Source: a virus (lineage: Duplodnaviria; Caudoviricetes). Taken from it: 64,000 nucleotides of DNA. The stretch is from IMG/VR virus record IMGVR_UViG_3300042892_000699. One strand, given 5' to 3'. Made by a program: the position numbers and the translations under genes. Under the pieces are notes generated by a model. That model saw only the letters and a program-made list of their open reading frames with translations. It had not been told where the DNA came from and ran no database searches. This document shows, in pieces, positions 11,401-20,793 of the stretch (position 1 is the first letter of the stretch; each line of letters starts with the position of its first letter).

Positions 11401-14400
11401 TAGGCGTAAGTGCTGGCTTACCTGCATGGGTAGCATCTAGCAGTATTACAGTGGGAACTGCAAGTCAGATTTCGATGACTAACGATAATGCGTCCACAAC
11501 ACCTCAGTTTATTACATTTGTAAGTACATCAACTGGTGCTGCAACACTCAAAGCAGATGCAATGGAAGGATTAACATTCATTCCTAGTTCTAACTTCTTA
11601 GGTATAGGTCAAGGAACTCCTGCATACCCACTGCATATTAATGTACCAACTGGGTTAGCCAGCATTGGTATGAGCGGTACTGCTGCTAACGCAACTACCT
11701 ATAAAGTCATGCAAGGTACAACTGGCGTAAGCAACGGTGGCTTCAGCTTGTATGACGTAACTAACAGTGCAACAAGATTCATGATTGGATCTACAGGCAA
11801 CGTTGGTATAGGTACAGGAACACAAGATCCTACAGATAGATTGCACATCAGCAACAGCGGTGGCACAGCAACTTTACGAGTAGGTGATAGCGCAGGAATT
11901 GCCGCGGGAATCATTGTACAAAGAACTAACAGTGGTATTAGCTCTCTAGCTCATTATTTCCTATCTAGTGCAAACAGCCCATGGCAGCACTGGGGTGAAA
12001 ACTTAACATGGACTGGAGAACGTGCAGGCACAGTAAACTCTACTCATGCACACAGACCATATTACGAAGCATATGCACCAGTAGTTGGTTACAGAGAATT
12101 TGGTTTCGTTAACCTAACCAGCGGAGCATTTACTAGCTCTAACCTAGTGTCTAATTTGACATTAAAGAACGATGCTACTACTGGTATTAATACTACTAGT
12201 CCTACAAGAGCACTACACGTAGTTTCTACTTCGTGGGATAATGTAACAGGTGCTGGTGCTATTTTTGAAAATAACAATAGTGTCGGTTCTGGAATTACAT
12301 TAAAACCGTCTGCATCTGTGGTCACAAACGGCTCCAGCGGTTGGGCAATATATGCAGGCGCAGCGGGAGCTGCAATCGGTGATGGTAACTTGGGATTCTG
12401 GGCACACGGGGATAACCAGGCTCGCATGATGATTACTCGTGCAGGCAGTGTGGGCATCGGCGAAGCCAGTCCAGGCTCATATGGTAGACTAGCAGTTAGA
12501 ATTTCTAGTAACACAGGTGTAGGCGCTGGCGGTTCTAGCGCAATCTGGTTACAGAATGCCAACGGTTCAAACAACAATGCGGCAACAATCTTCTTCGGTG
12601 ACAATGCAGCAGCCGCAATGGGTGCGATTAACTTTGTACACGCAGACTATGCTAACGACTACGGTGAAATAACTTTTGATACTAGAGGAGCAGGCGGCTA
12701 TTCAGAAAAAGTAAGAATTACTCAAGCTGGACGTGTAGGTATCGCTACTAATGCACCGAACGCAACGCTAGATGTTGCTGGCACTGTGTTTATTTCTGGA
12801 ATAACTACTGTAACAAATACTACAGTAACTACTTCAGAAACTTCAGGAGCCTTCCAAGTCCGAGGAGGTGTTGGTATCAACGGGGCATTGTTTGTAGGTG
12901 GATTATATACATCACCAACTCAATCGCTGGCCCTTACACTAGGTACTGAATCCTGGGTTAAACTATGCACCTTGGTTAATAGATGTGCGGCAAAAATTCA
13001 GATTGGCGCAGGAAGTAACAACAGTGAAGAAGAAGCAGAAATTGAAATTTTTGGTACTTATAATCTTGCAGGTACACAAATCAATGTAAAACGTCAGACG
13101 TACAATGAGCACTTAAGAGAAGTTAGAGTAACTCAAGCAACTGCTGGCGGACCTAAAATTGTTTATGTAAGATTAAGAACAACTGAGTTTGCACCAACTA
13201 TCAATTGGAGATTGTTTAGCTCTAAAGGAGTAACCTCATTAGATAACGTAGTAGAAACTCCTACAACAGGCGAGTCGGTTATCGTTGATCAAGCTAATGG
13301 ATATTTCACTAATGTAATTGCTGAATTTAAAAATACAACTCAGGCAACATCAACTAATACAGGAGCATTGCAGGTAGCCGGCGGCGCAGGAATCGGCGGC
13401 AATTTGTATGTTGGCGCAAACTTAGTTGTTAGTGGAACATTAACTGCAGGCAGTGTATCTGGAACAACTACTACTGCTACAAACGCAACAAATTCTATTA
13501 TTACCAACGATAATGCAACTGCAACTGATCAGTATGTGACTTTTGTAAATGCAAGTAGCGGGGCTAACCCGATTAAAGTAAGTGCTACTACTGGTTTAAT
13601 TTGGAAACCGAACACTGTTGCTCTGGGCATAGGCGTAAGTCCTAGCCTAGGAAAGTTACATGTGTCTGGTAAAGGTTATTTCTCAACAGAAGTGCAGGCA
13701 AATTCTGCAATAATGAACTCGGCTTCAGTTAACGGAACTAACAGTGCAGTATTTGGATCTAACAGCGGTGCTGTTCCTATCTTAATTACTAGAAACGCTG
13801 ATCCTGTTGGAACAGATTTATATATCAACGGATCTGGTGATGTAAGTATCGGTTCGTATTCTCTAAGTTCTAAGTTTGGAGTGTCCGGTCCTGCTACTGC
13901 TACCACAGTTAACAGTCAGTCAATGGTAGCCAGACTGGCAAGCAGTACAGGAAATCAAGACTACCTAGAATTTAGCAACGTTCGAGGAACTGCTGGTTCA
14001 AACTGGACTACTGCTGGATTTAGAATTCAACAGAAAGTTGATAGCACCTGGATGGGCTACATGCAGTTCAACGGAACACCTAGTGGCACAAACGATGGCG
14101 GCATTATTTTTGGAACTGGCACAACCACTGTTAATGCAAACTCAATTGCAGAGAGAATGCGAATCAGCGGTGCAGGTAACGTATCAATTGGTACTACCGC
14201 GTCAACTACACGACTAACAGTTCAGGCAGCTGGTGCTAACGGTATTGCATTGTTGCAAGACACAGGCGCTGCTGCAAATAGCGGACGACTATTCTTCCAG
14301 GCAAGCGGCGGTACATATGGAATTTTAAACACTGCTAACGTACTACAATTTAGCAGTGGTGCAACAATAGGGTCTGACAGCGGTACTAGTAGAATGGTTC

Positions 14401-15098
14401 TAAACGCCAGTGGTTTCCTTGGCTTAGGAACAACACAAGTTCCATTAACATACTTAGACATTCGTCATAACAACACCGGCGTACAATCACCACAAGTATC
14501 TGGATTCACACTTCGCACTAACGAAAACAACGGTATGGAATGGCATTTACAACATTCCAACGGTTATCAGGGATGGGTCGCTGCTGCAAGAGTTAATAAC
14601 AACGGCAGTAGCTTTGGTCAAGGATTCTTAGAATTTATCACTGCTGGATCTAGCGGTGGTAACCAAGTAAGTGTAATGGCCTTGCACGGTAACGGTAACG
14701 TAAGTATCGGGTCTACAGCAGTTCCTGCATACAAGTTGTTTGTCAACGGAAGTTTTGCCGCAACAACTAAGAGCTTCGTAATCGACCATCCAACTAAAGA
14801 AGGTTACAAACTACGTTATGCTTCCCTAGAAGGACCTGAGAACGGTGTGTATGTACGTGGTAGACTAAAAGACAACAATGTCATTGAGTTACCAGAACAC
14901 TGGTTAGGACTTGTTGATGCAGACAGCATCACAGTTGACATTACACCTATCGGCAAACATCAAGTTCTGTATGTAGATGACATTGCAAATAACAGAGTTA
15001 TAATCGGCACCGAGTCTGATCAACCAGTAAATTGCTTCTACACAGTATGGGGCGAACGTAAAGACGTTGATAAACTTGTAGTTGAATATGAAGAATAA
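8424..15098 (+). CDS. Long tail fibre protein, 2224 aa
   Basis: Shaft repeats, many RM/LxIxxxGNVGIGTxxP repeats, internal ~100-aa duplication, C-terminal TKSFVIDHPTK...LEGPENGVYVRG domain typical of phage fibre ends. Confidence 0.8.
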   Translation: MAKLLTGTRIYGTGTVDTQLLVNGTEQATSTATGALEVVGGVGIGGSLFVGGIVTATNLVRLTNATEASTTNTGALTVAGGVGVGKDLRVGGTIYGTIVGTVVGTITTASNLGSGTIGQVPFQEAPGVTKFFGPGTDGQLLVSAGASSTGPVYTNTASIYVGRAALADDLSGGAVGSIPYQDAANSTVFLGLGTPGFVMLAGATAPVWVSTSTLSVGRANQSDSILMANEVADTNVNFITFASTTTGYTTLKGGAMSNLTYKPSTGFVGVGAGSPAYRLHVVESGNAVPVFLERSTSGDILQLYNQSGLTASESSLGFVHKDSATTPVSGSRIAGYASNLATGAVSGGIIFYSKNAGTEAESFRVNNLGNVGLGNNAPAYKLDITGGVRMTGITTSTNATASTSPTTGALQLAGGAGVQGNVNASGQFVSTQANNTATGSAQLYLNGVTGNRIDFNINGVAAPSVTPRSVGTKIVYYPGLSSTSVDYATGIETGALWTSVPNATDTFRWYGSTTLMASLSNSNLTLGGDLAVNGGDITSNATTFSIVNTTATTVNIAGAGTAITIGSNSAGTTTIRNVVAITTNTVSSAYTNGALVVTGGVGIAGDLRVNGTIFGSVSVSGITSTATNIAGGTAGQIPYQTGPGVTAYFGPGTAGDVLVSNGTSAPTYNNTLALAGTTAATNATSGALRVAGGVGINDNLFVTNNINAVSGQYVSTRANNTATGAGQILLNGASGNRIDFNQNGVAAPTFTTRSAGTKLVLYSDLSASSTDYALGIESGTLWSSVSTTARSFKWYGGTTLAATLSGTGNLTLVGDAAINGGDITTTQTTFNLVDATATTVNFAGAATALTMGAVSGTTTVRNNLTVAGNLTVQGTTTQVNSTVTNVSDPIFTLGTGPLGADPTADDNRDRGIAFKWHNGTNARTGFFGFDDSTGYFTFVSSATITNEVIAPAGGTTRGAIDANLAGGATGSLPYQSAANVSAFLPIGTAGQILGVSAGLPAWVASSSITVGTASQISMTNDNASTTPQFITFVSTSTGAATLKADAMEGLTFIPSSNFLGIGQGTPAYPLHINVPTGLASIGMSGTAANATTYKVMQGTTGVSNGGFSLYDVTNSATRFMIGSTGNVGIGTGTQDPTDRLHISNSGGTATLRVGDSAGIAAGIIVQRTNSGISSLAHYFLSSANSPWQHWGENLTWTGERAGTVNSTHAHRPYYEAYAPVVGYREFGFVNLTSGAFTSSNLVSNLTLKNDATTGINTTSPTRALHVVSTSWDNVTGAGAIFENNNSVGSGITLKPSASVVTNGSSGWAIYAGAAGAAIGDGNLGFWAHGDNQARMMITRAGSVGIGEASPGSYGRLAVRISSNTGVGAGGSSAIWLQNANGSNNNAATIFFGDNAAAAMGAINFVHADYANDYGEITFDTRGAGGYSEKVRITQAGRVGIATNAPNATLDVAGTVFISGITTVTNTTVTTSETSGAFQVRGGVGINGALFVGGLYTSPTQSLALTLGTESWVKLCTLVNRCAAKIQIGAGSNNSEEEAEIEIFGTYNLAGTQINVKRQTYNEHLREVRVTQATAGGPKIVYVRLRTTEFAPTINWRLFSSKGVTSLDNVVETPTTGESVIVDQANGYFTNVIAEFKNTTQATSTNTGALQVAGGAGIGGNLYVGANLVVSGTLTAGSVSGTTTTATNATNSIITNDNATATDQYVTFVNASSGANPIKVSATTGLIWKPNTVALGIGVSPSLGKLHVSGKGYFSTEVQANSAIMNSASVNGTNSAVFGSNSGAVPILITRNADPVGTDLYINGSGDVSIGSYSLSSKFGVSGPATATTVNSQSMVARLASSTGNQDYLEFSNVRGTAGSNWTTAGFRIQQKVDSTWMGYMQFNGTPSGTNDGGIIFGTGTTTVNANSIAERMRISGAGNVSIGTTASTTRLTVQAAGANGIALLQDTGAAANSGRLFFQASGGTYGILNTANVLQFSSGATIGSDSGTSRMVLNASGFLGLGTTQVPLTYLDIRHNNTGVQSPQVSGFTLRTNENNGMEWHLQHSNGYQGWVAAARVNNNGSSFGQGFLEFITAGSSGGNQVSVMALHGNGNVSIGSTAVPAYKLFVNGSFAATTKSFVIDHPTKEGYKLRYASLEGPENGVYVRGRLKDNNVIELPEHWLGLVDADSITVDITPIGKHQVLYVDDIANNRVIIGTESDQPVNCFYTVWGERKDVDKLVVEYEE

Positions 15099-15109
15099 CA
15101 GGAGTTCAA

Positions 15110-15844
15110 ATGGCAGTTTATTATGGTGGACGTTATACCAGCGTTTCTGAAATTAGAGGTCCGTCCGGCTTTTATAATCTTTACCTAGACGGGGAAAATG
15201 TACCTGTATATGTAGATCAAACTTATGATGGTGGAGGCTGGGTTTTAGTTATGGCAAACCGCATTAATACCGCGGGAATGAATAATCTAACCTACTACGA
15301 TGCTGTAAATTCTTGTAACTATAGAACAGGCGGCACCAGTAACGCCACTAACACTGTAGTCGATCCTCTGTCAAAACTATCCGGACTTGCTAACTATAAT
15401 GCTTGGATAGGACTAAGATACTGGAAAAAATTATCCGGAAGAGTAACTGCTGGAAGAATTACTGCGGTTCAATTTGTAAGCACTACGGCGGGAACTGCGT
15501 TAAGCAACACTGGCGCACATACAAAAAGATATCGATGGAGCAGTGCAGGGTTTAATTCTACTTATGGATTTACATCTCCGATAGGTATTTCTCAAGAAGC
15601 TGGATCGGGAGCACCTGGATTTTATGCTAGCCACGTAGCACCTGGAAACAGTTTAACTACCTACGATCGAGATCAAGACACACTCGGCGGAAACTGCTCC
15701 ACATTTTACAATAATAATCCTTGGTGGTACGGTGCTTGCTGGAGTGGAAACTATTTTGGTGGTGGCAGCGGATATGCAGATGCTGCCTTCTGGGACAGTT
15801 CTACTACAGATTTCCATAACTACGGAGCAGTGTACATAAAATGA
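15110..15844 (+). CDS. Fibrinogen C-terminal (FReD)-like domain protein, 244 aa
   Basis: VYVDQTYDGGGWVLV and LTTYDRDQD...NCSTFYNNNPWWYGACWSGN match the fibrinogen-C signatures VYCDMxxDGGGWTV and FSTxDxDND...C....GWWY..C...N; SD caggag. Confidence 0.75.
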   Translation: MAVYYGGRYTSVSEIRGPSGFYNLYLDGENVPVYVDQTYDGGGWVLVMANRINTAGMNNLTYYDAVNSCNYRTGGTSNATNTVVDPLSKLSGLANYNAWIGLRYWKKLSGRVTAGRITAVQFVSTTAGTALSNTGAHTKRYRWSSAGFNSTYGFTSPIGISQEAGSGAPGFYASHVAPGNSLTTYDRDQDTLGGNCSTFYNNNPWWYGACWSGNYFGGGSGYADAAFWDSSTTDFHNYGAVYIK

Positions 15845-16056
15845 ACATTCGAAAAAAACCTATGATCCTTATTTTTGAAAATAATGGATCTACATGGAGC
15901 AGAATACTCAAAGATCAGCGAGGAAATATTCTATACGAATACCGCAATCAGCTTCTTCTGCCCGAGCACATGAACGCAGAATATTTTGACAACTGGGAAA
16001 ATCAAATGCGTAAGATTCCGCAATTTAATATTGTGGACTGCGTAAGATTTATGTAA
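15841..16056 (+). CDS. Hypothetical protein, 71 aa
   Basis: ATGA overlap with upstream gene and abuts next gene; no recognisable motif. Confidence 0.55.
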   Translation: MNIRKKPMILIFENNGSTWSRILKDQRGNILYEYRNQLLLPEHMNAEYFDNWENQMRKIPQFNIVDCVRFM

Positions 16057-17220
16057 ATGGCATTATCATCCTTTCCTACTATAGTAACAAGAGATTTAGT
16101 TTTTTGTTACGATATGAACAACACTGGAAAGTCGTGGTTAGGTGCTCCTACGATCAATCGTGTGGCTCCTGCGTGGATAAGTTGGGGAATCGATGGTTCA
16201 GGCACAGTAAACATAGGAACTAGAACAATTTTAAGTGACTGGCATTGTAGAATAAATGACTATAATCACAATACTCGACAATCAATTTATGTAACCGGAT
16301 TATCTGGAAGCATAACTTATACATTTTCAGTAAAATTTAAAAAACTAGAAGGTGCTCCAACACTGCGGTTTCAACTACAGTCTTATAATGGCGGCACATT
16401 TTTAGGCTCAGTGTTTCCTACTACAGTTCAATTGGGACTAACTGATAAAGAAGGTTGGCAAACTGCATTTTTCTCTTACACAACTTCAGCAGGTGCTGAT
16501 CGAGTGTTATGGTTCATGCAAGACGGGGATGATTATGTCACCTACACTCATTCTTTCGAACTCAAAGAACCGCAGTGTGAACAACAATCTTTTGTTACAC
16601 CTTTTGTATCAGGAACAAGATCAAATACGCAGGCCATTGTAGATCTTACCGGTAATAATATCATCACCGCAACCTCACTAACTTACAATAGCGGCGGTAC
16701 GTTTAGTTTTGTTAGGGCTAATTCAAATTATATAAACATTTCTGCAAACACAAACACCCGTTTTCAAAATAGTCAGCAAACATGGTCGGCCTGGATAAAC
16801 ATTGCAAGCTTCGGACCCAACGGATATAGCGAACTTTATAATAACGGCGGAAATCTAGGTGCTTCAATACAATGGCGAGCAAATGCAATTGGTTTTTTTA
16901 TATATAATGGTGCATATTTAGACTATGCAGTTTCAGTAACAAATGCACTGAATACCTGGATGAACATAACTTGTGTTATAGATAATGTTGCAAGAGTTAT
17001 GCTTGTATACAAGAATGGTGCATTGGTAGGAACAAGTCCGCAATGGGCAACATATACGCTACCTAACGGCAGCGTACATATTGGTGGGAACTTTGCAACA
17101 GGAAATGGTGGAGATGTTACTCAAGGCAACATTCCCACTGTTCAACTTTATAATCGAGCATTGAGTGCAGTTGAAATTAAACAAAATTTTAACGCACATC
17201 GAGGAAGGTATAATTTATAA
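16057..17220 (+). CDS. LamG/ConA-like lectin domain virion protein, paralogue 1
   Basis: N-terminal LVFCYDMxNxxKSWLGAPT, C-terminal GNIPTVQLYNRALSAVEIKQNFNAHRGRY typical Laminin_G_3 ending. Confidence 0.8.
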   Translation: MALSSFPTIVTRDLVFCYDMNNTGKSWLGAPTINRVAPAWISWGIDGSGTVNIGTRTILSDWHCRINDYNHNTRQSIYVTGLSGSITYTFSVKFKKLEGAPTLRFQLQSYNGGTFLGSVFPTTVQLGLTDKEGWQTAFFSYTTSAGADRVLWFMQDGDDYVTYTHSFELKEPQCEQQSFVTPFVSGTRSNTQAIVDLTGNNIITATSLTYNSGGTFSFVRANSNYINISANTNTRFQNSQQTWSAWINIASFGPNGYSELYNNGGNLGASIQWRANAIGFFIYNGAYLDYAVSVTNALNTWMNITCVIDNVARVMLVYKNGALVGTSPQWATYTLPNGSVHIGGNFATGNGGDVTQGNIPTVQLYNRALSAVEIKQNFNAHRGRYNL

Positions 17221-17221
17221 T

Positions 17222-18385
17222 ATGGCAATAGGACATTCTGCATCAGTTGTTGCTTCTGACCTAGTGTTTTACTACGACATGTTAAATCCTAAGTCGTGGT
17301 TAGGTGCTCCTACGACTAATCGTTGTAGCGCAAACACTATTCATACCAACTGGAATAACAGCGGAACAGCAACATGGATAAACGACGATCCTTATATTCC
17401 TAGGCTATATCCGGATATTATAACAGTGTCTATGACAAAAGACACTGTAGGGAACAGCCACATTGCTCTCGGTTATGCAACATTGGCAGCAAATACAGTT
17501 TATACAGTAAGCGTACACGTTTATATTCCCAGTAATACAACTACATTGGCCAGCAGTCAACCATACATAAGACCGTTTCCTGGAAACTTTAATGCAGCAA
17601 ATTTAGAATACAACGGCAGTAGTGACTGGAATATTTGGCCTAAAGATAGATGGATCAGAATTAGTAAAACATTTACCAACTCTGCAACAGATACTGAAAT
17701 GTATATTTCCTGTTACTTAGATAATGCAGGCAGCAAAATTGCATTTACTGCACCTATGGTTGAAGCTAACTCTTTTGCTACACCTTATACTCCTGTCAGT
17801 ACTTCGAGATCAAATACGCAGGTAATAACAGATTTAATGAATCGAAGAACAATTACTGCAACCAATTTAACTTATAACAGTAATAATACTTTTAGTTTTA
17901 ACGGGTCGACTAATAATATTGTTACAAACTCATTTACTTCATCGTTAGATTTTACAATCAGCATCTGGGTAAGGATGACTTCTGGTCTAGTGGCACAACA
18001 ACGTCTTGTATCTTCCGATTCGGCAGGAACTTTTACAATTTACTGGTCAGGCAGCGACTTTGGATTTCATTACAATCCGTTAGACGCATCGCCACCGTCG
18101 ACTGCTACTGCGGCCACAGGGTTAAGTTACTCTATAAATAGTTGGTATAATTTAACAGCAACAAATAATGCAACGGCAGGCACTAGATTTTATGTCAATG
18201 GTGTTCTACGAGCAGTTGGAGAAACAAGTGTTCCTCTTGCAGGAAATATAACTTTTGGTTCAGACCGTACAAATTCATTACATGCTGCTGCACAAATTCC
18301 AGTCGCACTGATTTATAATAGAGTACTAACCGCTGACGAAGTTAATAAAAACTTTAATGCACTAAGAGGAAGATATTCAGTATGA
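17222..18385 (+). CDS. LamG/ConA-like lectin domain virion protein, paralogue 2 (start corrected to ATG 17222)
   Basis: MAIGHSASVVASDLVFYYDM...KSWLGAPT; ends IYNRVLTADEVNKNFNALRGRY; ATG lies 1 nt after the upstream stop. Confidence 0.8.
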   Translation: MAIGHSASVVASDLVFYYDMLNPKSWLGAPTTNRCSANTIHTNWNNSGTATWINDDPYIPRLYPDIITVSMTKDTVGNSHIALGYATLAANTVYTVSVHVYIPSNTTTLASSQPYIRPFPGNFNAANLEYNGSSDWNIWPKDRWIRISKTFTNSATDTEMYISCYLDNAGSKIAFTAPMVEANSFATPYTPVSTSRSNTQVITDLMNRRTITATNLTYNSNNTFSFNGSTNNIVTNSFTSSLDFTISIWVRMTSGLVAQQRLVSSDSAGTFTIYWSGSDFGFHYNPLDASPPSTATAATGLSYSINSWYNLTATNNATAGTRFYVNGVLRAVGETSVPLAGNITFGSDRTNSLHAAAQIPVALIYNRVLTADEVNKNFNALRGRYSV

Positions 18386-19596
18386 GTGTGAGAGCAAATC
18401 CTTACATCGAAACTAATGGTTTGGTATTTTGTTATGATATGAATAACACTAAATCATGGCAAGGTGCTCCTACGACTAATCAGTTTACGTTGCCCACGGC
18501 AGATGTAAACGGTTTTGGAGTTCAAAATAGTACATTTACTAGAATTCGAACTGGAATGTATGGCGGATACGATATTAAGCCAACTGACTACGTTTGGAGA
18601 TATAATATCTCTGGTAACGATTGTCCGTATCATGGGTGGGATATCCCAACACCTAGCGGATCCGTAGTTACATTTTCTTTCGATTACTTTGTAGATTTAT
18701 CCTGTGTTAACTATCCGTCTAATAACTATCTAGCAAATTTTGAAAATGCAGGCAGTGGCGTAGGTGGCGCTTATGGAGACCCTACCCCCTCAATTAAAGG
18801 AGTTTGGAAAAGAGCCTATTTCACTTCAACTGCAACCGCAACAGGTAATTCTAGATGCCTGCTGTATCCGGGAGCATGTGGAACAAGATTAGCAGATTCT
18901 GGGTTTATACTTTATAAAAATCCACAGGTTGAATTTAATGCTCCAGGGGGAATTCCTACGCCGTTTGTTGCAGGCTCTCGGTCGGCTACACAGGCAGTTT
19001 TAGATCTTACCAACAACAATGTTGTTACTGTAAATGCATTAACTTATAACAGCGACGGTACTTTTAGCATTAATAACATTGCAGCATCGTCTTTAAGTAT
19101 TCCAGATTCTTCTATTACAAGACCTACCTCACTAACAATATCAGCATGGGTAAGGATGAATGTCTACAATCCGTTAAATGATTTTGATGGATCATATCCT
19201 ACCATTGCATGGAAATGTAATTCAGATAATTCAGGCGGCGGCGGGTCTTATGGATTGAGCCTCGCAGCTCCTAATCCTAGATTTGCAGTTTCTTCTACAC
19301 AATTAATCAGTGCGTCACCGTTAACATATGGTGTTTGGGTAAACCTTGTTGGAACGTATTCTGCAGGCGGAGCAATGGTGCTTTATAGGAATGGAGTAGT
19401 AGATGCTAGCACAACGGGGCCTGCGTCAATTCCTTATTCTGCACAAGTATTTTCAGTAGGATCTAGGATATTCAGTGGAGTATATCAGTATCCGTGGAAT
19501 GGCAGCATTGGATTAGTGAAACTTTACAACCGAGCATTGACCTCGTCAGAAGTTCGTCAGAACTTTAATTCAATTAAAGGGAGGTATGGACTATGA
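18382..19596 (+). CDS. LamG/ConA-like lectin domain virion protein, paralogue 3
   Basis: GLVFCYDMNNTKSWQGAPT; ends VKLYNRALTSSEVRQNFNSIKGRY; ATGA overlap. Confidence 0.8.
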   Translation: MSVRANPYIETNGLVFCYDMNNTKSWQGAPTTNQFTLPTADVNGFGVQNSTFTRIRTGMYGGYDIKPTDYVWRYNISGNDCPYHGWDIPTPSGSVVTFSFDYFVDLSCVNYPSNNYLANFENAGSGVGGAYGDPTPSIKGVWKRAYFTSTATATGNSRCLLYPGACGTRLADSGFILYKNPQVEFNAPGGIPTPFVAGSRSATQAVLDLTNNNVVTVNALTYNSDGTFSINNIAASSLSIPDSSITRPTSLTISAWVRMNVYNPLNDFDGSYPTIAWKCNSDNSGGGGSYGLSLAAPNPRFAVSSTQLISASPLTYGVWVNLVGTYSAGGAMVLYRNGVVDASTTGPASIPYSAQVFSVGSRIFSGVYQYPWNGSIGLVKLYNRALTSSEVRQNFNSIKGRYGL

Positions 19597-20738
19597 GTGT
19601 GTCAAGCGGCCCGTTATTAACTACTAACGGATTGGTGTTTTACTACGATATGACAAATACACAAAAGTCGTGGCAAGGTGCTCCTACGACTAATGTACTT
19701 ACAAACACTAATCTAGACACAGGATGGAGTCAAGGTTATAATACAAGTATTATTATAGGTGATACTTCAGCTGGGTCTCCCCCGGGAGTCGAATCTCAAG
19801 TAGTGTCGTTTATCGACTCGGATAATAATGGCTCGGGTTATTGGTATTCCTACGGTAACTTTGCTCCTCAAGCAGACAGCACTACGTACTCTGTATCTGT
19901 ATGGGCAAGGACTGTAGGAGCTGATTGGGTTATACAACCCTATACCGCAGATAATTCCGAAGCAAATCGAGTTTGGTTAACAGCTAAAACAGTAACAGGT
20001 AATGGTGTTTGGCAAAGATTAGAATGGCCTAATGCATTTACTACAGGGGTTGGATGGGACTCGGACTCGTTAAGTTTTCAATTTAATTCAATACCTGCAG
20101 GACAACGATGCTGGTTGTGCGCACCGCAAATGGAACCTTTAAGTTATTGCACACCGTTTGTAAATGGAACAAGATCTAGTTCACAGGCATTGTTAGATCT
20201 AACAGGTAGGAATACTCTTACTGCGGCAAACATGGTATATTCTAACAATATATTCACGTTTAACGGCGGTACTTCTTGCTTTGATCTTAATAATAACGCT
20301 CTAATATCGGGTACACAAGACTTTACAATCGAAGCAGTGTACTATACTTCTGCAACAGACACTGCTGGGAGAGAAATTATAGGAAACTATGGCACAGGTG
20401 CTACTGCTAATACTCTATGGTTTGCCACCCACGGTCTGTGGATCAACGGAGCAACTCCGTATCACGCAGGCAGTCCACTAAGAAACGGCACATATTATAC
20501 AGCGGCAACTCGCTTGGGCAGTGCAACTTCTTTATATAAAAACGGTGCTTTGGAACTAACAGGAACAAACTCTACTTCCATTGCAGTAGGACAAAACTGG
20601 CGTATAGGTAAAGATGTAGGTGGTGACGGAGAACCTTTTTTGGGCAATATCTACATGGTAAGAGTCTACAATCGGGCACTTAATGCAGGTGAAATTTATC
20701 AAAACTACAATGCTGTACGCACTAGGTACGGTATATAA
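19593..20738 (+). CDS. LamG/ConA-like lectin domain virion protein, paralogue 4
   Basis: GLVFYYDMTNTQKSWQGAPT; ends VRVYNRALNAGEIYQNYNAVRTRY; ATGA overlap. Confidence 0.8.
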   Translation: MSVSSGPLLTTNGLVFYYDMTNTQKSWQGAPTTNVLTNTNLDTGWSQGYNTSIIIGDTSAGSPPGVESQVVSFIDSDNNGSGYWYSYGNFAPQADSTTYSVSVWARTVGADWVIQPYTADNSEANRVWLTAKTVTGNGVWQRLEWPNAFTTGVGWDSDSLSFQFNSIPAGQRCWLCAPQMEPLSYCTPFVNGTRSSSQALLDLTGRNTLTAANMVYSNNIFTFNGGTSCFDLNNNALISGTQDFTIEAVYYTSATDTAGREIIGNYGTGATANTLWFATHGLWINGATPYHAGSPLRNGTYYTAATRLGSATSLYKNGALELTGTNSTSIAVGQNWRIGKDVGGDGEPFLGNIYMVRVYNRALNAGEIYQNYNAVRTRYGI

Positions 20739-20765
20739 CAAGAATACACTAAAATAGTTTAACGA

Positions 20766-20771
20766 TAAATA
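20766..20771 (+). promoter_or_regulatory. T4-like late promoter core
   Basis: gaTAAATAta in the 55-nt gap before the fibre gene at 20794. Confidence 0.6.
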
Positions 20772-20793
20772 TAAGATCGGAATACGTTAAACT

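Larger units (their letters stand above)
16140..19689 (+). repeat. Identical 14-nt anchor aggtgctcctacga in all four lectin paralogues
   Basis: Copies at 16140-16153, 17302-17315, 18462-18475, 19676-19689; extends to 25 nt (genes 1/2) and 24 nt (genes 3/4). Confidence 0.85.

Noticed and set aside
15110-20738. Diversity-generating retroelement targeting the lectin genes
   Set aside because: No reverse transcriptase and no ~100-nt template/variable repeat pair differing at adenines seen in the window; shared stretches are only 14-25 nt
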